Below, piece by piece: positions 19,476-27,676 of a stretch of DNA of 64,000 nt. A program made the translations under genes and the position numbers. The notes under the pieces are model-generated. The model was not told where the DNA came from, did not search any database, and saw only the letters and a list, made by a program, of their open reading frames with translations. This DNA is from a virus: IMG/VR virus record IMGVR_UViG_3300025120_000020. The stretch is one strand, 5' to 3'. Numbering within the stretch: position 1 is the stretch's first letter; every line of letters begins with the position of its first letter.

Positions 19476-20298
19476 TCTTGTCTTCAAGGAAGTCCACGAA
19501 CGCTTCCATATGGTCAGTAGCTCTTTCCCGACGGCCCTCCGGGGTCCGCAAGTCAATCTTCATCAGGCTCCCGAAGGTTACTGTGGCGTAGCGTAACAAT
19601 TCCTGATGGTATTCGGGAGAAACCTTCTGAGGGTGGTTATAGTCTGCGGTATAGGAGCGCGAAGCCTCTTTACTGATCCTGTAATCGAGAACTCCCTCAG
19701 GCCCGAATACTTTCCGGAATGCATATCGGTGATACACATCCTCAAATCTGCACTGATGCTTGAAGAAACACCCCTCGCTTTGCAAGATTGCAACCTTCTG
19801 CAAAGACTCCCTTCGCATCAAATAGCACCAGCCATGAACAACTTTACGACGAGCATTTGCTGCCATGATCATGTGATTATCTCCGATCCATAGCGGGAGG
19901 TCCGCCCCGGTGACGACAACATCGGAATCAATCTTGCAAAGTATATCGGCTCCAACCTCGCTCGCAAAATCTGCAAAAGCTGCGCACTGGCTGGCCATGT
20001 GGTCGCGAGTAAAATTCCCTTTTGTTGATTTCCCTCGCTCCCAATCACTCTTGCGGTAGCAGGCTCCAAGTTTCACTAACCTCCGCGCAACATCTGGCTC
20101 CATGGGACAGTTTGCATCATCAAGAATAAGCATGGGCGATTTTGGATAGAACGTCCTTATGGAGCGAACCGCTTGCACGGCCATATACTGGTCGCGCCGA
20201 AACGAAATCATCGCAAAGGCAATAGTGGGAGCCTTTTTTGGGATTGAAGTTACAACCTCCTCAGGGAGGGCTAAATTCTTATCCTCCACTGCCATCAT
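19456..20298 (-). CDS. GT-A fold (family 2-like) glycosyltransferase
   Basis: AVRSIR, ILDD, KIDSD (DxD), G.CY and FED motifs; start uncertain (20298 or 20379). Confidence 0.65.
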   Translation of the reverse strand: MMAVEDKNLALPEEVVTSIPKKAPTIAFAMISFRRDQYMAVQAVRSIRTFYPKSPMLILDDANCPMEPDVARRLVKLGACYRKSDWERGKSTKGNFTRDHMASQCAAFADFASEVGADILCKIDSDVVVTGADLPLWIGDNHMIMAANARRKVVHGWCYLMRRESLQKVAILQSEGCFFKHQCRFEDVYHRYAFRKVFGPEGVLDYRISKEASRSYTADYNHPQKVSPEYHQELLRYATVTFGSLMKIDLRTPEGRRERATDHMEAFVDFLEDKIKSTSQ

Positions 20299-21541
20299 CT
20301 GAGATCCAACTGATGGTAATTTTGTCGTCACCTTCGAGGACTTTAATTCGATCTCCAGCGACAATGTGTCTAAACTCATGTTTGTAGGTGTCTTGGTTAA
20401 ATCTCTTGTAGACTCGGGCTTGTTTATCTTCTACCGGCTCCGCATCTCCTAACAAATTATCGTGCAACCAGCGATACCATGAAATGTCGCCAGAGTGAAA
20501 TATCCGAGCGACCAGCTTATCTCCTGCCGCTGTAATCTCAAACAGCTTCCACTTGTAAGTCCCCGCCCCCTCGTCAGGGGTTTCGTCAGTAACTCCTTTC
20601 TCGGGCGGCTGGAACGGAGTCACCTCAGGGGCCTCGGAAGTGATTGTAAGCTCCTCGGGGACGCCGAGATTGCTGGTTTTTAGTTTAAAATACCATGTTT
20701 CTCCGCTGTTGACCAATATCTCTGTTTCGTTGTCGCAACGCTCAACTTTGTGATGTTCCCCCTTGTGAAGGTCATGGACGTTTCCATAGTAGACCTTCAT
20801 ATACCAAGAGGAGTCGCCGTCATCGCCAATCTCAGTCTTTTTTTGATATAGTGTTGGGTAGAAGGAATGAGTGTTCCGGTCGGTGGCTGGAACAAACGGG
20901 CATGCGTAGTATTCTTCATTGACAACCTTAACATCATCGTCTCCTGAGCCCTCGATAGACCACTTCGCGAGATTCCAAACAACACCATCGCTGACGTTTG
21001 ACGGGGGTGAGGGCGGATTGTCCCCTGCGCTTTGAACAATGATTTCCGCATCGTAGCCATCAAGCTTTAGCCATGCTGCCCAGTTACCGTCACTCATCAT
21101 CATGCCGTCGCCGTCTTCAACGGGGTCCATTGGCTTATCGAGAGGGATTCCGTTAAATGTAGGGGTCACGGGAATTAGCCCGCCACTATCCCCGCCGGGG
21201 AGAAGGAGGTAGGCGGGTCGAAAAAAGGCTGTTAATTTTTTGTTTTCCTGAAAGAAGGCAGGCTTCAAGCATCCACCTGTTCCTCCTTCTCCTTCCCCGC
21301 CTTGTCTCCGGGAGAGCACTGTGTGCTTGTAGCCAAGGAGGTCGGTAATGGAGTTTTCCTCAAACATATGAAGATATTGGAGAACGCTTTGCAACTTCCC
21401 TCCTTGCTCGTTCCCAGCGCTGGCGTTGCCCCGAAAAAACTCTCCAGAGTCAAAATCACCAACATCAAGACCCACAGGTGGACCTTGCATCGGGGCGTTT
21501 ACAAACTCTGCTTCTGGTAACCTTCTGTCCGCTCCGCTCAT
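20279..21541 (-). CDS. hypothetical beta-rich protein, possibly virion/tail associated
   Basis: Long ORF, ATG MSGADRR at 21541, divergent from the scaffold gene. Confidence 0.65.
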   Translation of the reverse strand: MSGADRRLPEAEFVNAPMQGPPVGLDVGDFDSGEFFRGNASAGNEQGGKLQSVLQYLHMFEENSITDLLGYKHTVLSRRQGGEGEGGTGGCLKPAFFQENKKLTAFFRPAYLLLPGGDSGGLIPVTPTFNGIPLDKPMDPVEDGDGMMMSDGNWAAWLKLDGYDAEIIVQSAGDNPPSPPSNVSDGVVWNLAKWSIEGSGDDDVKVVNEEYYACPFVPATDRNTHSFYPTLYQKKTEIGDDGDSSWYMKVYYGNVHDLHKGEHHKVERCDNETEILVNSGETWYFKLKTSNLGVPEELTITSEAPEVTPFQPPEKGVTDETPDEGAGTYKWKLFEITAAGDKLVARIFHSGDISWYRWLHDNLLGDAEPVEDKQARVYKRFNQDTYKHEFRHIVAGDRIKVLEGDDKITISWISDDGSGG

Positions 21542-21593
21542 ATTTGCAACTTTAATCTTGCAAATTGCAAATGAAAGCCTAAAAATTACTTCC

Positions 21594-22874
21594 ATGATGA
21601 GTCAGGCGAACGCCGATTCCCCACAACAGACGGCGACAGCGGAGGCGAATGCCCCGACTATCGATAGCAACCACGAAACTACAACACCCGAGGTCGGAAA
21701 TCAGACCGAAGGGGGTTCGGGCGAGGCGGATTCTCAGGAATCCACCCCAACACTGGACGAACGGATTGCAAATGTAACAGATCCTGCGGACTTTGAAGCC
21801 ATGATGGCTGAGGTTCAACAGAATCCTAATTCATTTGCAAACCCCAGCGAAGACCAGCAACCCGACAATCAGCAAGCCCAAGGAGAGGATCAACCCCCTC
21901 CGGAGGGAGAAGTTGAGCAGGAGGAATCCGCTAACGAAGAAGCTGAGCAGTCGGAAGTTGATGAGATCGAAGAGGGGGAATTCGACGAAAGTGAAGAGGA
22001 GGAAGAAGAAGAGGAGTCACATCCTCGGTTTCGACTTCGCCCATCGGATAAGGTGGATGCTGAGGCAATGCGCATAAAAAAGGCCGCTGAGGCCGCTGGA
22101 ACAGCCCTAAACCTCTCTGAGGCTCTGGAGCTTGCAAGGCGGAATCTTGGGGTTGAGGAAAATCCTAATACTCACACTGAAGATTCGGAAGAATTTGAAT
22201 CTGAATCTGAAGAGTCTACGGAAGACCCAACTCAAGGAGTTACCTTCGCGGAGGCGAAAGCCGACCTCAAAGATTTGCGGAAACAAGCATCTCAAGCCCT
22301 TCGTGAAGGAGATTTGGACGAGGCTGCTGATTTGAATGATCAGATTAGCGACACCGAAGAACTTATTGAAGAAATCGCGGAAAGGGACGAACGAGATAGC
22401 TACACACAACGCCATGAGCACGATACGACTTTCGAGTCCAGTGTTTCAAAAGCTGCTGACCTCTACCCCGACTTTGGGAATGAGGGCTCGGAGTTCTTTG
22501 AGCGTTGCTCCGAAATCGACGATAGCCTTCAAGATACCGACGATCCGCGCTACTTCGATGCCAACAAACCTCTCTTGATCGCCAAAATGGCGGCAGCGGA
22601 GTTAAATGTTGCACCGAAGCGCAAGGGAAGCAAATCCACTAAGACAGCCACTGCAAAGGCTGCAAATACTGCCGCACAACCTCAGCAACAATCCACTTCG
22701 CCCCAACCTCCAAGGACTGAAAAACCCGGCCAACTACCCGCTGCCAGCGGTGCATCCCGCACTTCTGGCGCTCCAACTGGAGCAGCGGCCTCACTGGCTG
22801 AGCAGGTTGGGAATATTAACAACCCCGAGGACTTTGAGCGTCTTGCAAAAGCGGTCTACAGGGAAAATCGTTAA
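21594..22874 (+). CDS. capsid scaffolding protein
   Basis: Very acidic, coiled-coil, YPD motif; located directly before the major capsid gene; ATG at 21594. Confidence 0.75.
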   Translation: MMSQANADSPQQTATAEANAPTIDSNHETTTPEVGNQTEGGSGEADSQESTPTLDERIANVTDPADFEAMMAEVQQNPNSFANPSEDQQPDNQQAQGEDQPPPEGEVEQEESANEEAEQSEVDEIEEGEFDESEEEEEEEESHPRFRLRPSDKVDAEAMRIKKAAEAAGTALNLSEALELARRNLGVEENPNTHTEDSEEFESESEESTEDPTQGVTFAEAKADLKDLRKQASQALREGDLDEAADLNDQISDTEELIEEIAERDERDSYTQRHEHDTTFESSVSKAADLYPDFGNEGSEFFERCSEIDDSLQDTDDPRYFDANKPLLIAKMAAAELNVAPKRKGSKSTKTATAKAANTAAQPQQQSTSPQPPRTEKPGQLPAASGASRTSGAPTGAAASLAEQVGNINNPEDFERLAKAVYRENR

Positions 22875-22950
22875 TCTCCCCATTCTGCCACAATCTGTGT
22901 AAGCCGTTGATCCTTAATCAACAAAAAAAAACAACTAACACAAAAAAATT

Positions 22951-24522
22951 ATGCCATTCCATACTTCAAATGTAACAGGACAAGGATTGGGCAACGCCCT
23001 CTCAAATGATCCAGCAAACGCCTTCGGTGATGCTGCGTCAGTACGCGAACTCTGGCGCAAAGGTGTCGAGGTCTATGAACAGACCACCGACTTCTTTGCT
23101 CAAATGGAGGGCGGCTCCGACGCAATCATCGAAACCATCGCCGACACCACCAAGGGTCGGGGGCAGAAGATTACCTTCACCCAGATGGCTGGCCTCTACA
23201 ACGAGCCTAAACACGGCGACGAACTGTTCAACGACGGGGACGACTTTGAGAGCATTAAGCTCCACAGTTATGATCTCTCAGTTGACTTCCTTCGTCACGG
23301 GGTTCGCTACACAGAGCGAGCTGAAGAGTTTATGGGGATGCGCGGCGAAATTACCGTCGGCATTCCTCGCGAACTCGGAAAGTGGATGGGCCGTCAGAAG
23401 AGCGAGAAGCTCTTTATGATGTTCCTTCACAAAGGCTCCGCTGAAAACCACATTTTTGCTGGTGACAAAGCCGGATACAACAGCCTCGTATCTGCCGACA
23501 CCCTCGACTATGACACCATTGTCGCGGCAAACACTCAGCTTGCTCGCCTTAATGGTCAGCCAGCTAAGGTCGGAACCGATCAAGCAGGAAACCCTATCCA
23601 CCGCTATTGCACTGTTGCAACTACCGACACCCTGTTCTCTTTGGAGCAGGATTCTGACTACAAGTCATTGCAAGAAAATGCTGGACCTAACTCTTACAGC
23701 AATGTTCTGTTTAAGGGTGGTTACACCGACATCCGGGGTAACATCATCAAGAAATACAATCCCATCGACCATGACGGATTCGGCGCGATTGCATCTCCTC
23801 TGAACCCGAAAGCTGACATCGGTTGCGATACTACCAACGGATTCGCCACTTCCACTATTAGTTCTGGTGCAGGAACAGCAAACACCATCTACGCTGGTGG
23901 ATCGAAAGCGGCTGGGGCTCTGTCTGGAAAGGCTTACTTCAAGTATTTCCCGCTTTACCAGTTCAAGTTCCTTGCAACTGAGACAATGGCTCTGTCAGAC
24001 TCGCTGGCCTACGCCGATCTCAACACCGCTGGTGGCTTCTACGTCGCTGTGGTGAACGCTCCGAACGCTGCGGTAGATCCGGGTAAGATTGGTTATTACC
24101 ATGTAACAGCCAACGACGGCAACAAGCTGACGGTAACAAGCGGTAACGCTGGTCGATTCAACGGAACAACCGATACGACCAACTTTACCAAGCTTACCGC
24201 TAAGCTCGGCGCCGCTGTAGTGGGAACTAACACCACCCAAACCCACGTTGCTGGGACATCTACGGCATACTTCATTAACGAAGTCGGCGTTCCTATCGGC
24301 CACACGCTCTTCCTTGGAAAAGCTGCGGCTCGCCGGGGATACGGCAAATACCGCAACCAGCGTTCGTCTGACGATCATGAGGGCGGTTTCGTTAAGGACA
24401 TCTTCGTCACTTCCGTCTTCGGACAGGAGCACTGCGAGGATGCAGCAGGTCGCAAGCCCGGATATCTTGTCATCAGTCACGCTGTGCAGTATGCTGGGGT
24501 TCCGTTCGCTAACATCAGCTAA
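22951..24522 (+). CDS. major capsid protein (N4-gp56/DUF4043-like) with insertion domain
   Basis: KGRGQKITF, VDFLRHGV and TLFLGKAA motifs; A-rich leader; follows scaffold. Confidence 0.8.
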   Translation: MPFHTSNVTGQGLGNALSNDPANAFGDAASVRELWRKGVEVYEQTTDFFAQMEGGSDAIIETIADTTKGRGQKITFTQMAGLYNEPKHGDELFNDGDDFESIKLHSYDLSVDFLRHGVRYTERAEEFMGMRGEITVGIPRELGKWMGRQKSEKLFMMFLHKGSAENHIFAGDKAGYNSLVSADTLDYDTIVAANTQLARLNGQPAKVGTDQAGNPIHRYCTVATTDTLFSLEQDSDYKSLQENAGPNSYSNVLFKGGYTDIRGNIIKKYNPIDHDGFGAIASPLNPKADIGCDTTNGFATSTISSGAGTANTIYAGGSKAAGALSGKAYFKYFPLYQFKFLATETMALSDSLAYADLNTAGGFYVAVVNAPNAAVDPGKIGYYHVTANDGNKLTVTSGNAGRFNGTTDTTNFTKLTAKLGAAVVGTNTTQTHVAGTSTAYFINEVGVPIGHTLFLGKAAARRGYGKYRNQRSSDDHEGGFVKDIFVTSVFGQEHCEDAAGRKPGYLVISHAVQYAGVPFANIS

Positions 24523-24556
24523 TAGCAGGGCTTCCACATCGTGAGCCCAAAATCTC

Positions 24557-24596
24557 ACCGGGGCCTTGGTTGCAAGCTTGCAACTGGGGCCCCGGT
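24557..24596. terminator. long stem-loop after the capsid gene containing two TTGCAA sites
   Basis: ACCGGGGCCTTGGTTGCAAG-CTTGCAACTGGGGCCCCGGT, complementary with G-U pairs; no long U tract. Confidence 0.55.
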
Positions 24597-24607
24597 TCTG
24601 CTATAAT
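24578..24607 (+). promoter_or_regulatory. sigma70-like promoter TTGCAA-18-TATAAT with extended -10 (TGn)
   Basis: Seen directly; ATG at 24614 lies 6 nt after the -10 (leaderless). Confidence 0.65.
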
Positions 24608-24613
24608 ATGGCC

Positions 24614-25012
24614 ATGGCCATAAAAACAGCAGCAGTATTGGAACTTCCCGGTAAAGGAAACTTCGCCCCTAATAAGTTCGGAAGTCGTTACGGCGCCTTC
24701 ATTAAGACTAATATTCCGGGACAAAAAAAAGCCATTTGGATATTCAAGAGCAAGCTGTATGACGTAACCAAGCAGGAAGACATTGACGAATTTAATGAAA
24801 TGTGCGCCAACGTAATTCCGAATTGCTACAAAGTCATAAAACTGACTCCTACTCCTCGACTTATTGTTCTTCCCGAAGAAGCTAAAAAACCCACAAACAA
24901 AAAGGGCGACGAGCCCGAAACCAATCAAACTAAAGAGCCTAAAAAGAAAAAGGGTAAGGCATCCGCCTCCCCGACGCCCCCGGCTCTTGCAATCCCTCCC
25001 TCCGGAGGATAA
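24614..25012 (+). CDS. hypothetical protein
   Basis: ORF following the promoter; basic C-terminus; alternative start at 24608. Confidence 0.6.
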   Translation: MAIKTAAVLELPGKGNFAPNKFGSRYGAFIKTNIPGQKKAIWIFKSKLYDVTKQEDIDEFNEMCANVIPNCYKVIKLTPTPRLIVLPEEAKKPTNKKGDEPETNQTKEPKKKKGKASASPTPPALAIPPSGG

Positions 25013-25018
25013 AGCACC

Positions 25019-25783
25019 ATGACTCTCCTTGAACTTCGTGACAATGTCGCCCGCGCCCTCTTTCTTGAACAGGAGGCCACCGTTCCTGATTACATTTGGA
25101 ACGATGTGACCACTGCAATCAACTCAGGGTTGCAACTGATGTTCTCCTCGCCACTCGACTACTTCCGCAAAGAGGAGATAGACGTTGTTTTTGGCGTAGG
25201 CGAATCTGAAAAGAACCTCTACAACGAAGCTCAAGTCCAAGAGGTAATCGGCCCCTGCTGGATTCCAGCGGAAGATAGCCGAGAGTTGCATCAAATCACC
25301 GATCAATCGGAGTTTAACCAATTTTTCCAGCGATTCTACGGAAAGAACGAGACCGACGCCATCGCTAACGGAGCACCCGAGGCTCTTATTTACCTGATTC
25401 GCACCCGACGATCCCGCTCCGAGGATAGCGGGAAGGACGCTTCGGCCTGTTTTCTTGCAATCAAACCTACCCCGACAGCAGCTATCACTGTTCGTCTTTT
25501 AGTGGCTAAATCAGCTCCCGTATTCTCTAAATCTACAATTAAGAACCTAACCGGAACCGAAGTTACCCCTGTCCCAGCCGATAAGGTAGAGACAATTCTT
25601 CTACCTCTATGCCGGATGTATGCAATGCGGTCACATTTCTTCTTTGAGAAGGACAAGAGCCCTCTATTTGAGCAAGATGCCGCTCGGGCTATGCAAACCC
25701 TACAAGTATCCGATCCAGAAAATGGAACTATGTCTCACATGTCCGAGCAGATGAAAAAGCAATCATCCCGAACAGCCCAGTAA
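25019..25783 (+). CDS. head-tail adaptor / tail tubular protein A-like
   Basis: MTLLELRDNV..AIN, P.P and L.L..M motifs of phage adaptors; position after capsid. Confidence 0.65.
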   Translation: MTLLELRDNVARALFLEQEATVPDYIWNDVTTAINSGLQLMFSSPLDYFRKEEIDVVFGVGESEKNLYNEAQVQEVIGPCWIPAEDSRELHQITDQSEFNQFFQRFYGKNETDAIANGAPEALIYLIRTRRSRSEDSGKDASACFLAIKPTPTAAITVRLLVAKSAPVFSKSTIKNLTGTEVTPVPADKVETILLPLCRMYAMRSHFFFEKDKSPLFEQDAARAMQTLQVSDPENGTMSHMSEQMKKQSSRTAQ

Positions 25784-25786
25784 ATT

Positions 25787-26686
25787 ATGACCGTCGCCCA
25801 ATTTTCCCAGCGCCTTGCAAGGTGGACTTCCTCCAAGACTCTCTCACAGATGCCTATAGAGGATCGACTTGTCTTAGTCGATTGCATTAACGCAGCGGTC
25901 TACAACTGGTTTGCTGCGGCTCCGGAGAGGATGCGTATGACGACAATTAGCCATTTGCTACGCGCCCCGGAGCAAGGAAGCGCCACTGTCACCGCTGGGG
26001 CTAACGATCTTACCGGGGTTACATTGCAAGATCACCACCTTGGAGGGTCTATAGAGTTTGATAACGAGCCAAACTTCAATGAAATCGTGTCGGTTACAGG
26101 AACTCCTAAAGTTTTGAACTCCTTCCGGAACTCTGGACTTCAGCAATACACAATCTACTTCGATACGATCATGGTCACTGATCACTTGATCAACCGAATT
26201 GCAAATCACCCTCGCATCCTTGATACAGGAGAAGAGCTATACCGGGACGACGAGGCTATGCGCTTTAAGGGGGCTGAGCGCCGAGGGTCTATCTTCAATC
26301 CAAACGCTCGTAGCATTGGATCTCCTTACCGCTACGTTTTCGAAAACACTGGTCTCTCGCTGCAAGATGAGGCTCGCGCAATGATTCGGATTGACCCTAT
26401 CCCTGATCGCGCTCTTACCATTAACTTTGATGCCGTTGTAGACGCTCCCACTCTGGAGGTGGATAGTATGAACGGCAGCGTGGACATTGCGGTTCCTGAC
26501 CAGTATGTTCTTCCGCATCTTCTCCCACTTGCGCTTAGCGACCTTGCCCTCACCCCGATTTGGAGTGGCAGTAACGCCGACTCCGCAATCGCTAAAGGAC
26601 AGGCTACTATAGCAAAAATCCAAGGACAAATAACTCAAAACCAAGGAGCGCCTCAAAACCGTTTCCGCACCCGCCCCGGCTGGTAA
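25787..26686 (+). CDS. second adaptor-like virion protein
   Basis: MTVAQ...DCINAA, IDPIPD and VP..Y motifs; paralogous pattern to the previous gene. Confidence 0.55.
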   Translation: MTVAQFSQRLARWTSSKTLSQMPIEDRLVLVDCINAAVYNWFAAAPERMRMTTISHLLRAPEQGSATVTAGANDLTGVTLQDHHLGGSIEFDNEPNFNEIVSVTGTPKVLNSFRNSGLQQYTIYFDTIMVTDHLINRIANHPRILDTGEELYRDDEAMRFKGAERRGSIFNPNARSIGSPYRYVFENTGLSLQDEARAMIRIDPIPDRALTINFDAVVDAPTLEVDSMNGSVDIAVPDQYVLPHLLPLALSDLALTPIWSGSNADSAIAKGQATIAKIQGQITQNQGAPQNRFRTRPGW

Positions 26687-26689
26687 ATT

Positions 26690-27076
26690 ATGATCGTCGA
26701 AGCAACAAAACTACAAGAAGCAATCCAGCAAGCACTGCGGGAGGTAAATGACTCCTGCCTTGCCCTCAGGGCCGAGGGCGTGACCGTATTACTTCCAGAA
26801 TCTATCGATTTTGAAGTGCGAATGGTGACCAATAGCGACATCAATGCCGTCCAACGAGCCGTCACCGAGGCTGAGGCTGATGGGGGCCAGACCGTCACCA
26901 CCCGCTCCCAGCTTTCTCCCGATACCGAACTATCGAAAAAAAGCGGTGAGAAATTTCAAACCGCGAGGACTGGAAGTGCTGGAAGCGAGAGAACCGAAAT
27001 TTCTCACCCGTCTGTTACAACCCAGCAGGGCGGATCAGACAACTCTGAGGAGAATGTTACTTACACATACGAATAA
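26690..27076 (+). CDS. hypothetical protein (Trypco2-like N-terminal half, long Ser/Thr-rich strand)
   Basis: LQEAIQQAL helix, IDFEVRMV strand, then 82 polar residues. Confidence 0.6.
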   Translation: MIVEATKLQEAIQQALREVNDSCLALRAEGVTVLLPESIDFEVRMVTNSDINAVQRAVTEAEADGGQTVTTRSQLSPDTELSKKSGEKFQTARTGSAGSERTEISHPSVTTQQGGSDNSEENVTYTYE

Positions 27077-27084
27077 TATAAGCC

Positions 27085-27387
27085 ATGGCAGATTTCAAAA
27101 TAACTAACCGGGACACTGATTCGAAGACAAACCGGGGATCAAAGTCTATTCAAAGCTATGGCTCGCAAACTGTCCGAGCCGTCACCTCAACTCCATCAGG
27201 ATACACCGAGACAAGGACTCAAATCGGAACCATTACTACCGACTCAACCACTAACCGTGGAGATGTTCGCGAGACCCGAACGACCACTGGTGTCTCAAAG
27301 ACTACCACCCAAAGCGAAGACAAGGGTGTCATCCTCAAGTTTCGCATTCCCATCCAACAAAAAAACCCAATTCAGCGTCAATCATGA
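27085..27387 (+). CDS. hypothetical Thr-rich protein (Trypco2-like C-terminal half)
   Basis: 81 Thr/Ser-rich residues followed by VILKFRIPI. Confidence 0.6.
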   Translation: MADFKITNRDTDSKTNRGSKSIQSYGSQTVRAVTSTPSGYTETRTQIGTITTDSTTNRGDVRETRTTTGVSKTTTQSEDKGVILKFRIPIQQKNPIQRQS

Positions 27388-27671
27388 CTTTGATTGCAAC
27401 AGCAATCTTGATCATCGCCATTTCAATTTTCATGATCTCAAGATCCAATAACCAGCACCTCGGCAACGGAAAAGGAGCACAAGGAACCGAAGAGCCTTGG
27501 GTTCTTGATACCGAATCTACTCCTTTCGAGCTTGCCCCTTGCGATCCCGCTAACTCCAAGCGCGGACATTCCCCCGCATGGCTTGAGACTAAAAACGATC
27601 TTGCCATCAAGGATGGCGCAGCGAGCGACAACAACTGGACGCTTTCTGGTGAAGACCTCAAACCAAACTAA
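27384..27671 (+). CDS. hypothetical protein with N-terminal hydrophobic segment
   Basis: ATGA overlap; TM-like N-terminus. Confidence 0.5.
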   Translation: MTLIATAILIIAISIFMISRSNNQHLGNGKGAQGTEEPWVLDTESTPFELAPCDPANSKRGHSPAWLETKNDLAIKDGAASDNNWTLSGEDLKPN

Positions 27672-27676
27672 CAAAA

